Origin: Thermoanaerobaculia bacterium
GTDB taxonomy: Bacteria > Acidobacteriota > Thermoanaerobaculia > Gp7-AA8
Assembly: GCA_017883265.1 (NCBI GenBank)
Contig: JADGNX010000001.1
Location: forward strand, 812 to 64,811
Length of the DNA: 64,000 nt
Reading direction: 5' to 3'
The notes under the pieces are model-generated. The model did not search any database and was not told the origin of the DNA. It worked only from the letters and a program-made list of their open reading frames with translations. This document shows positions 52,488 through 60,453 of this stretch, one piece after another. Numbering within the stretch: the first letter of the stretch is position 1; each line of letters opens with the position of its first letter. A program made the position numbers and the translations under genes.

Positions 52488-53804
52488 ATGAAGCAGAAAT
52501 CATCAAAGTCGTGGCTGGTGGCCGTCGCATTGTTTGTCGGCAGCGGATCGATGCTGTCCACTTTTTCTCAAGATCGTACCGTTTGGCGTACAGCGAACGA
52601 CATCCGCAACAATGTTCGAGGCACGATCGTCGGCACGATCGCCGAGATCGATTCCTCGCGGCATCGGTTTCAGGTGCTCGCTGATAGCGATCGGACTGCC
52701 AGGATCAACGTCGTGACGGATTCGATTTCGACTCAGTATTCGGGCTACGCCGGGGTTGTCGGAAGCCAGCCCGAGATCCTCAGCGGATCGAGCGGCTTCG
52801 ACATGGTCAGGACGGGCGACCGGGTGGAAGTCCGTGGAGTGGGCTTTTCGGACGGTAGCGTCTCCGCGGATCAGATCCTCCTGCTGGGGCGATCTTCAAC
52901 GGGCGTTAGCGCGTCGAGCGCCCCAAGCACCAACGCCGCCGATGCGCAGGGTCGCTTTGAAGGAGTCGTCCGCCAGGTGAATCTGGCCGAAAATCGTCTG
53001 GTCATCGAAACCGATCGACGACAGATGTTCACCATAAGCGGCAGCTCTCAGACGCCGGTTAACTTCCGCGGGCAGGTCTATGCGATCGCCAACATCGAGG
53101 TGGGCGATCGCGTTCGAGTCGATCCCTATTCGGCTGCGACTTCCGGTGGGGAGATCCAGGCACGGTCGATCGACGTGCTCTCCAGCGTGTCGGACGGAAC
53201 ACCGGCCGGGGCGATGGATCGGACGGTGGCATCCATCACCGGCCGCGTCACTCGAATCGACCAGCGCGCAGAAGCGATCTGGGTCGACACGGGGCGCTCG
53301 ACCGAGGTCCGCGTCGATACGCATAACGTCAGTGACGACTCCGGACGCCGCATCCGGTCTGCTGATTTTCAAGTGGGCGATCGAGTCACGATCTCCGGCA
53401 CCTACGACCGCAATGACAACTTCCGAGCGAGCTCGATCCGCTTCGGCGATTCGAGCGGCGGCAGTCAGGGCTCTTATCCGGACGCCACCAGCGGCACCCT
53501 TGGCGGAACACCGTCATCGTCCACGCGCACGTCCGCGACAGTTACTGCTGCCGATTACGTCTCCACGGTCATCTATGCCAAGGTTCAGGAGACCCTCGGC
53601 AGCGCCCCGACGCTCCTTCTCCAGGATACGGCGGCGACCCCCAAACGTACGCTCCGCGTGCTCGTTTCCGAAGACTTCGCCGTGCGCACGAAGACCGGCA
53701 ACTATGTCATGGCCGATTCGCTGAAGGTGGGCGATCAGGTCGTTGTGAAGGCTTACCGCGATCCGAGCGGCAACTACATTGCACAGACCATTCGGATGCG
53801 CTGA
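52488..53804 (+). CDS. Secreted protein built from ~5 internal repeats of a ~70-80 aa beta-rich module (DUF5666-like)
   Basis: Signal peptide MKQKSSKSWLVAVALFVGSGSMLS. Repeated (V/I)GDRV(E/R)V(R/D)G..., VGDRVRVDP, VGDRVTISG and VGDQVVVKA segments. Confidence 0.5.
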   Translation: MKQKSSKSWLVAVALFVGSGSMLSTFSQDRTVWRTANDIRNNVRGTIVGTIAEIDSSRHRFQVLADSDRTARINVVTDSISTQYSGYAGVVGSQPEILSGSSGFDMVRTGDRVEVRGVGFSDGSVSADQILLLGRSSTGVSASSAPSTNAADAQGRFEGVVRQVNLAENRLVIETDRRQMFTISGSSQTPVNFRGQVYAIANIEVGDRVRVDPYSAATSGGEIQARSIDVLSSVSDGTPAGAMDRTVASITGRVTRIDQRAEAIWVDTGRSTEVRVDTHNVSDDSGRRIRSADFQVGDRVTISGTYDRNDNFRASSIRFGDSSGGSQGSYPDATSGTLGGTPSSSTRTSATVTAADYVSTVIYAKVQETLGSAPTLLLQDTAATPKRTLRVLVSEDFAVRTKTGNYVMADSLKVGDQVVVKAYRDPSGNYIAQTIRMR

Positions 53805-53826
53805 GGCGCATTCATCGCGTTTCAAC

Positions 53827-53854
53827 AAAAGGGCGGTCGAGAGACCGCCCTTTT
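53827..53854. terminator. Bidirectional rho-independent terminator between two convergent genes
   Basis: AAAA-GGGCGGTC-GAGA-GACCGCCC-TTTT: a perfect 8-bp GC stem with a 4-nt loop, flanked by an A-tract and a T-tract. It sits 23 nt after the secreted-protein gene stop and 11 nt after the SOD gene stop. Confidence 0.75.
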
Positions 53855-53864
53855 GACTTGCAGG

Positions 53865-54566
53865 CTACCGTGACGTGGCCAGTGAAGACTGTCTCTTGAG
53901 CCGCGCGTCGATGACATTCCAGTCCACATGGGCCAGAAAGGCCTCGATGTATTTCGGGCGATCGGCTGGTTTGTAGTCCAGCAGATAAGCGTGCTCCCAT
54001 ACGTCCATGATGAGAATCGGAGCGAAACCGGCGACGTTGCCTGTTTCATGGAGAGTGATCCAGTGATTCAACAGGCGGCCTGTGGTTGGATCCTCCGAGC
54101 AGACGGCCCAGCCGACCCCCCGCATCTTTCCGATTCCGACGAAGTCGGCTCGCCAGATGTCGAGGCTGCCGAAGCTTTCTTCCGCCGCGCGTTTGAATGA
54201 TGAATCGCGCGCCGGCACCCCTCCCGCCTTCTTCGTCATGTTACCGAAGTAGTATTCGTGCAGGACCATGCCGTTGTACTCGAATCCGAGACGTCGGGTG
54301 AGCTCCGAATACGCGGGCATTTCCTCCTGATCGACCTTTCCGTCTGCGAGAATCGCGGAGATCTTCTCGGTCAGCTCGTTCGTCGCCTTGACATAACCTT
54401 CATAAAGCTTGAAATGCATCTCCAGAGTCTTGTCCGAGATGCCCGTCAGACCGCTGAGATCAAAAGCCTTCGGCTTGTAAACCTTGGAATTTGCCATCGT
54501 CGATGCCATTGTCGTTACCATGTCAAACACCTTCCTTTCATCCCATATCAGATGCATTTCCCGCAC
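53865..54566 (-). CDS. sodA: Fe/Mn-family superoxide dismutase
   Basis: C-terminal DVWEHAYLLDYKPADRPKYIEAF, with N-terminal ligand His and Tyr spacing (MHFKLYEGYV). The true start is probably an internal Met (around 54497-54509). The track coordinates are kept. Confidence 0.8.
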   Translation of the reverse strand: MREMHLIWDERKVFDMVTTMASTMANSKVYKPKAFDLSGLTGISDKTLEMHFKLYEGYVKATNELTEKISAILADGKVDQEEMPAYSELTRRLGFEYNGMVLHEYYFGNMTKKAGGVPARDSSFKRAAEESFGSLDIWRADFVGIGKMRGVGWAVCSEDPTTGRLLNHWITLHETGNVAGFAPILIMDVWEHAYLLDYKPADRPKYIEAFLAHVDWNVIDARLKRQSSLATSR

Positions 54567-54616
54567 CCGCTATGGAAGGCCAGCCGGCGGAAGCTGCTGA
54601 CTCCGCTTTGTTCGCG

Positions 54617-55951
54617 TCAGTCCCGAACACAGCGGAACGTCGCGTAGAGGTATGGATATATCGGTCGAAACCAATTTCGAAAACTGCGCCGGACGAGAAG
54701 GTCATCCGTGACGGGCGATGCTCCCTTCAATACGAAGTGCTGCCCATCAAAAAAATCAGTCGAGTAGACCGGATAAGAAGCCATCGGCGAGAAGCCCTCG
54801 AAGGGGGCAAACGGCGTCGACGTCCACTCCCAACCGTTGCCTACGAGATCCTCGACGCCCCATGCGCTGGCCCCGGCAGGAAACGAGCCGACCGCGACAG
54901 GATCAGCGGCGCGGAAGCCGAAATTGCCATGATGAGCGGCTGGGGCCTCGTCGCCCCACGGATGGAGCCGTTCAGCCCCCTGCGGCGTGCCGAAGGCCGC
55001 TCGATGGTATTCGGCCTCGGTGGGAACCCTCATGCCGGCCCAGCGCGCGTAAGCGGAAGCTTCGGCATGCGTGACATATACCGGACCATGCGGAGGGAGC
55101 GGATAAGCCTCGAACAGACCTCGCCACATCCAGCTCTCTCCTGAACGCGTCCAGAAGTGCGGATGACTCACTCCCTCTTTCTCGATCCACCGCCGGGCCT
55201 CGGCGGTCCAGAGAGACCGATCCGTGTAGCCTCCCGCCCCGACAAAGTCGAGATACTCATTGTTTGTCACATTGAATTTCTGAATGCTGAACGGAGAAAC
55301 GTGCTGCACGTTCGTCGGAAACTCGTTGTCCCAGAAGAAGTCGTCGGTCGTGTAGTCGGTGCCGAGCGTTGCCGTACCGCCCGGAATATCGATCAATTCC
55401 TGCACGACGACGCGGTCGGTCGACGTATGGCGTTGGGGGCTGTTCGGCCGCTTCCTGCCATACGACAGCTCGTGCAGGATGTAGTGCAGCGTCTCCTGAT
55501 GCATGAACTCGTGCTCGATCACCGCCAATGCCGCCTGCCCGCGACGCAGCATCGGGTTGTCATCGTTCTCGAGCTCGGATTCGAGGAGCGTTTTCTCGAT
55601 GATCTCGTCCGCCGCCCGGCCGTATGCGAGCACTTCCGACCGGGAGGGCCAGCCAGAGGCCTTTCCCTTTGCCGCCGCCTGTTCATCCTCGGGATCAATG
55701 CCTCTGGCGAAAAGAACTTCCAGCCGCTCATCGATCCCCGGCCGGCCGAGCGCTCCCTTGATCAGCGTGTTGATGATGAACGCCGGAAGGTGCCCCTCGT
55801 AAAAGACAAATGGATGGCGGAGTGGAATCGGCCGTTCGTAGTACGCGTCTTCGCTCGGGATGGCAAAAATGGAGTGAGTGCGGCGACGAGCGGATCGATA
55901 ACGTCCGACAAGCGCACTACGGTCGGACAGGGAGCTGGCGTAGGTCTTCAC
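54617..55951 (-). CDS. EgtB-like enzyme: N-terminal DinB_2 domain fused to a C-terminal FGE-sulfatase (formylglycine-generating-enzyme-like) domain
   Basis: 444 aa. Its length and two-domain layout match EgtB-type sulfoxide synthases. It has the DinB-type His-rich region (IEHEFMHQETLHYILHE), and GNGWEWT and RSFRNW blocks in the FGE half. Confidence 0.6.
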   Translation of the reverse strand: MKTYASSLSDRSALVGRYRSARRRTHSIFAIPSEDAYYERPIPLRHPFVFYEGHLPAFIINTLIKGALGRPGIDERLEVLFARGIDPEDEQAAAKGKASGWPSRSEVLAYGRAADEIIEKTLLESELENDDNPMLRRGQAALAVIEHEFMHQETLHYILHELSYGRKRPNSPQRHTSTDRVVVQELIDIPGGTATLGTDYTTDDFFWDNEFPTNVQHVSPFSIQKFNVTNNEYLDFVGAGGYTDRSLWTAEARRWIEKEGVSHPHFWTRSGESWMWRGLFEAYPLPPHGPVYVTHAEASAYARWAGMRVPTEAEYHRAAFGTPQGAERLHPWGDEAPAAHHGNFGFRAADPVAVGSFPAGASAWGVEDLVGNGWEWTSTPFAPFEGFSPMASYPVYSTDFFDGQHFVLKGASPVTDDLLVRRSFRNWFRPIYPYLYATFRCVRD

Positions 55952-55991
55952 GGCTATATTTCTAACACGGAAGCGCTGCGCTGCGGGCCGA

Positions 55992-56750
55992 TCAACCGGT
56001 GCGCGCCGGCACCTCCGCGGGCACTTCGAATAGCCGGAACGCCGGCTTGTCGGGATAGAGGCGCGCCAGGAGGGGCATGGCCACGTTGAACACCGGGATG
56101 TTGCTCCTGGTCCGCCCTTCTGGCGCCCCGTGGTGCGCGTGGCCGTGGAATACTGCGTTGACGCGGTACCGCTCGAGCGGCTCTTCCAGACGGCTGGAGC
56201 CGAGGAAGGCGATCATTTCGGGAGGCTCGCCGACTACGGTGGCCTGAATCGGTGCGTAGTGAAGGACGGCGATTTTCTGCGGGGTGCGGAGCCGTGCCAG
56301 AGCCGCCTCGAGTTTCAGGCTCTCCTCCACGGCCTCGTGCACGAAGTCCTTGATGAGCTTTTCTCCCCAGGCGCCGAGGGCACGCCGGCCGAACCCACCG
56401 GCGAAACCTTTAACCCCCGCAAAACCGACGCCGTGCAACTCGTGCGAATCTCCGTCCAGCATGATCACGCCGGCCCCGGCCAGAATCTTCGTTACCTCGT
56501 CCTGCTGGCCCGACTCGAAATCATGGTTTCCGAGCACGGCGATGACCGGTACGCGGACCGAGGTCGTCAAATCCTTCGCCAGGATCTTTGCCTCTTCCAC
56601 CGTGCCATAGTCGGTGAGGTCACCACAGAGGAGGAGGACGTCCGCGTCCTCATTCGCGCTCGCGAAGAGTGGCTGTAGTGACCCGGCTGAATTCTTCTTG
56701 ATGTGAATATCGCCAACAGCAGCGATACGCAGCGTTGCTCGAGTGGCCAT
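55992..56750 (-). CDS. Calcineurin-like metallophosphoesterase
   Basis: 252 aa with GDIH, GDLTDYG, GNHD and GHAHH motifs in canonical order. Confidence 0.75.
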   Translation of the reverse strand: MATRATLRIAAVGDIHIKKNSAGSLQPLFASANEDADVLLLCGDLTDYGTVEEAKILAKDLTTSVRVPVIAVLGNHDFESGQQDEVTKILAGAGVIMLDGDSHELHGVGFAGVKGFAGGFGRRALGAWGEKLIKDFVHEAVEESLKLEAALARLRTPQKIAVLHYAPIQATVVGEPPEMIAFLGSSRLEEPLERYRVNAVFHGHAHHGAPEGRTRSNIPVFNVAMPLLARLYPDKPAFRLFEVPAEVPARTG

Positions 56751-56753
56751 GAA

Positions 56754-57557
56754 TCATTTGTCCTTGTCGATCGCTGCAGTCCAGTGCGCGATCTCCGCAG
56801 AGGTCATGTTTCCTCGCGGCTGCAGACGAGCGTCCTCGTAACCCCACAGGCCGATGTCGGTAAGATACTGCTGGCGCGAGATAATCGGACCGAAACAGAC
56901 TCGTTCGCTGCCTTCCGGCGCAGCCGTTTCCTGCTGCAGCCTCCCGGTCAACTCCTGGACTACCCACCTTGGAACTTTGGATCGATGGGAGGGATAGATA
57001 AACCCGAAGAGGATGATGTGTGCAAACAGAGGTCTCCACAGATGGCCGAAACGGTCGAGGAGCCGGCGCCAGTCCATCTGATCGCCGCGAGCGTGGATGA
57101 CGTGCGCGACATCCGCGCCATCGTAGCGCTCGCGCTCCATGATCAGGCCCTTCGACCAGATCATCTCCTCGGCCGGAATGAGACGGACCGGCAGGTCGAG
57201 CACGGTGCCTTCCGTCGACTTCTCAAACCAGATATTGTCAACGCGCGCCACGCCGTTTCCAGCACTGAAGATGAGGTCGATGAAGTCCTCGCCGTGATAC
57301 GCCTTGCCCAGCCAGTGGGGAAAGGTAAGGTCCGTTTGATAGCCGGCGTCCTGCAGCGTCCGGGAGATCCGCGGATAGTCCTCGCGTTTGACAAAGATGT
57401 CGAAGTCCTTGGTGTGACGCTCGATGCCGGTGTATCTGGCAAAGGCGTACGCTCCGCCGACCAGGTAAGGCAGCTTCTGCTCGTTCATGATCGACAGCGC
57501 GCGCCGATAAAATGTCCGGCTCTTTTCGTCGATCCCCTGGTCCATCGCGGTAGGCAT
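56754..57557 (-). CDS. Pol-beta-superfamily nucleotidyltransferase-domain protein
   Basis: ATG 57557 is preceded by GAGGAAGAG. The LVGGAYAFARYTGIERHTKDFDIFV segment matches the hG[GS]x9-13DhD NTase signature. The ~180-aa C-terminal domain has unknown function. Confidence 0.5.
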   Translation of the reverse strand: MPTAMDQGIDEKSRTFYRRALSIMNEQKLPYLVGGAYAFARYTGIERHTKDFDIFVKREDYPRISRTLQDAGYQTDLTFPHWLGKAYHGEDFIDLIFSAGNGVARVDNIWFEKSTEGTVLDLPVRLIPAEEMIWSKGLIMERERYDGADVAHVIHARGDQMDWRRLLDRFGHLWRPLFAHIILFGFIYPSHRSKVPRWVVQELTGRLQQETAAPEGSERVCFGPIISRQQYLTDIGLWGYEDARLQPRGNMTSAEIAHWTAAIDKDK

Positions 57558-57625
57558 TGGATTCTCTTCCTCAACCCGAGGTCGTTCCGGATAAGTGCAC
57601 CTTCCGGACCACTTGCGAGGAGTGG

Positions 57626-58450
57626 TCAGGCTTCCTTGATTCCCTCGGCCCACGACATCGCAAACCAGAAGGCCGCGTCATCCCGACTCGACCACGCAAT
57701 GAGGTTTCGTAGAACGACATCGTAGTAATCGGCGTCGAACAGCTTGTGAAGGACCACGGTCTCCCTTGCCCCGTCCAGGATGCCGTGAAGGTTTTCCACG
57801 AGATCGGCAAAGTTGTCGCTACCGGCGCAGCCTCCGAAAAAAATCCAGTCATTGCGTCGGGCCCTTGCTCCTGCTTCGACCAGCAAGGAGGTCAGGCGTC
57901 GCCCGATGAATGGATCATTTCCGATGCGCTCATAGGACCGCATGTACGCTCTCCAGAGATCGGCCAGCCCCGGCGGCTCGGGCCACAAACGCAGAACGTC
58001 GTGGTCGTCGTCGGCCAGGATGATCCGGCCACCGGGCTTCACGGCTCCCACCATGGCCTGCACCACAGACAGAGGGTCAGAAAGATGTTCGAGGAGAAAA
58101 CGGGCGTGCGCGACATCGAACGACCCATCCTCCGCGTCGGTGAGGGGAGGATCGGCTGCGTCGCCGTGGCGGAAAAGGACCAGAGATTCTTCGTTGTCGG
58201 CACGAGCCAGCTCGATGGCCCTCGCGAGCTGCTCCTCACTCCGTTCGATGCCGACCACGCGACCGGGGGCGGCCTCGCGCGCCATCTCACGGGTGAACTG
58301 ACCGAGGCCACAGCCGAAATCGACGACGCTGTCTCCGGGCTGGAGGCTCAAACGGGCGCGCGAGGCGGGGTTCAGAATCCGGTTCATCACTCCGAGGCGG
58401 CGCTGTTCCACCGGAGATGTGCCATGAATGTAAGTCGATGGAGACTGCAT
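57626..58450 (-). CDS. Class I SAM-dependent methyltransferase
   Basis: ATG 58450 gives MQSPSTYIHG. Motif I VVDFGCGLG and post-I acidic residue. The start ATG overlaps the upstream stop as TGATG. Confidence 0.7.
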   Translation of the reverse strand: MQSPSTYIHGTSPVEQRRLGVMNRILNPASRARLSLQPGDSVVDFGCGLGQFTREMAREAAPGRVVGIERSEEQLARAIELARADNEESLVLFRHGDAADPPLTDAEDGSFDVAHARFLLEHLSDPLSVVQAMVGAVKPGGRIILADDDHDVLRLWPEPPGLADLWRAYMRSYERIGNDPFIGRRLTSLLVEAGARARRNDWIFFGGCAGSDNFADLVENLHGILDGARETVVLHKLFDADYYDVVLRNLIAWSSRDDAAFWFAMSWAEGIKEA

Positions 58451-59391
58451 CACTCCGCCTCGACTGCCTTCACAGAATAACCGGCGTCGGCCCAGCCCTC
58501 CAGCCCTCCTGCGAGGGGGCGAACCAGCGTGAATCCCTGATCGATCAGCATGCGAGCCACACGGGCCGCTGAGGCTTCGTTTGGTCACGTGCAGTACAGG
58601 ATGATCTCCTGGGATGGCTTCATCCCCGCCATGCGCTCGTTGATCTCAGAGAGGCTCATGACCATGGCTCCGGGGATCATTCGTGGATCGCTCTTCCGCG
58701 CCGAGCGCGTCCTGACGTCGAGAACCACGACCGCCTCGCCAGCGTCCATCATTCGCTTGAGCTCTGCCGGCTGGATGCGGGCCATACGCAGGTGGCGATA
58801 GAACCGGATTCGCTGCCACCACTTCAGGAAAATGAAGAGCGCAAGCAGCGAGACAGCCACCACGCCGCCCCAGACGCCCAGATTCTGCAGATGCCGCAAC
58901 ACTTCGTGAAGCGCGTGCCGGAAGATGAAGCCGACGGCGATCCCGCTACCGGCCCAGAGAAGCGCTCCAGCCGCATCGTAGGCCATGAAGAGGAGTGCCG
59001 ATGCCCCGATGGCTCCGGCCAGAGGAGGTCCGACGGTCGAATATCCGGGGATGAACTTCGCCGCGATCAGCGAGGGAAGTCCCCAGCGCTCGAAAAAAGT
59101 CTCGGTTTCGCGAACGCAGGAATCGGGGGAAAGAGAAATCCTGCAGAGCGTGCGCAGGATCCTCCAGCCGTAGCGACGGCCGAGGAGAAACCAGACGATA
59201 TCAGCGATCAGAGAGGCGAGCACCGCAGCCATCAGGATCGATGAAGTCGAGAGGCGGCCTTCGCGAATGAGCGAGCCGGCGACGAGCAGAACGGGAAGTG
59301 CCGGAATCGGCGCTCCTAGCTGCTCCAGAAGGACGTTCAGAAACACGAGCGGTGTGCCATGGCGCACGACGAGGGTGACCAGCTGCTCCAT
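58450..59391 (-). CDS. DedA(VTT)-family membrane domain fused to a C-terminal rhodanese domain, with an in-frame TGA (candidate selenocysteine) at the rhodanese catalytic-Cys position
   Basis: The track ORF 58585..59391 ends ...EIILYCT-TGA(58587..58585). The same frame continues PNEASAARVARMLIDQGFTLVRPLAGGLEGWADAGYSVKAVEAE to TGA 58452..58450, which overlaps the methyltransferase ATG. The extension is the canonical rhodanese C-terminus (GG..W). Ungapped alignment to GlpE puts the TGA on the catalytic Cys. Confidence 0.55.
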
Positions 59392-59435
59392 ACTCGACAG
59401 TGTGCCACAGCGCCGCGGAGCGCTGGAGACCTTGC

Positions 59436-60395
59436 TTACCAGACCTCGTCAATCCGGATCGCAGAGCTCCGGGTGGTGAGCCGGATGACCGGGCTGGCTT
59501 TCCCGATCCGCAGATGGCGAGGTGGATGGTCTGGCGGCAGCTCCATGCAACGGGCCAGATGGCACTCGATCTGCCCGCCCGCGGCAGACTCAGCTTCGAT
59601 GCGCCCGCTGAAATCATCTCGTACATGCAGGCGAACATCCCCACTCTCGCTCCGAGCGTCGAGCAGACGGCCCCATTTCTGGCCCGGCAGGCTGATGGCG
59701 ATGTCGCCGGTGACGGTCGCGGCCGAGACGTCCCCGGTGGTCGACTCGATGGCGATGCCGCCACTCTCGCTGCGGGCGTCGAGCGAGCCGCCGGCATGAT
59801 CGATGGTAATGCCGCCGCCCACGGAATGAACGTGCTGCTCGCCGACGCAGGAGGCCAGGGAGATCTGGCCGTTCGTGGTTTGTGCCTCGATGCGGCCATT
59901 CATGTTACGGACGGCGATGCCGCCGTTTGCAGCCGCCAGCTCGAGGGCAATACCACGCGGAACCTCGAGAATCATATGGACCCACCAGGCCCGCTCGGAA
60001 GTGAGGGCAGGCCCGCTCGACCTGATCCGGCCGTCGAGGGCGCTGGTCACCGAAACCGATCCCAGGACATTCCGCGCCTCCAGAATGGTGGCGGCCGCCG
60101 CAAACTTACAGACCGTCAGGCGCGCGTCCGAGCGACTCCATCCCCGAATGGAGATGCCGCCCGCCTCGCTGGCGGTTACCGAGAGCCTGCCCAATGACGA
60201 GATGGGAAGGAGCCGATGCTCTTCGCCATGGACTTCCGCTCCCAGGGTCGTGAAGCTCGTCGTGTGAAAGTGCTCGCACGATTCGACGTCGCTATGCTCC
60301 TGTGTCGTGGCGATGAAGGAGCGCGTCGTTGGTCGCGCCGCAACCGCGGTGATCAGCAGTACAGGAATCAGAGCTGCCGCAATGCGCATGACCAT
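59436..60395 (-). CDS. Secreted DUF4097-like (putative adhesin / beta-helix repeat) protein
   Basis: Signal peptide MVMRIAAALIPVLLITAVAA, then repeated G-x-I-x-(V/I)-x-x-x-x-G(D/S)(I/V) turns such as GGIAIESTTGDV and GDIAISLPG. Confidence 0.5.
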   Translation of the reverse strand: MVMRIAAALIPVLLITAVAARPTTRSFIATTQEHSDVESCEHFHTTSFTTLGAEVHGEEHRLLPISSLGRLSVTASEAGGISIRGWSRSDARLTVCKFAAAATILEARNVLGSVSVTSALDGRIRSSGPALTSERAWWVHMILEVPRGIALELAAANGGIAVRNMNGRIEAQTTNGQISLASCVGEQHVHSVGGGITIDHAGGSLDARSESGGIAIESTTGDVSAATVTGDIAISLPGQKWGRLLDARSESGDVRLHVRDDFSGRIEAESAAGGQIECHLARCMELPPDHPPRHLRIGKASPVIRLTTRSSAIRIDEVW

Positions 60396-60453
60396 CGTGG
60401 TTCTTCGCGTCTCACTCTGATACGCGACACGGGCTGCCAGGTTTCTTTCGGAC

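Noticed and set aside
53865-54566. The SOD gene as a non-SOD paralogue, because the N-terminal HHxKHH-type motif is reduced to a single His
   Set aside because: The ligand His and Tyr spacing and the C-terminal DVWEHAY metal-ligand block are preserved, so the simplest call remains an Fe/Mn SOD. The start codon is uncertain.
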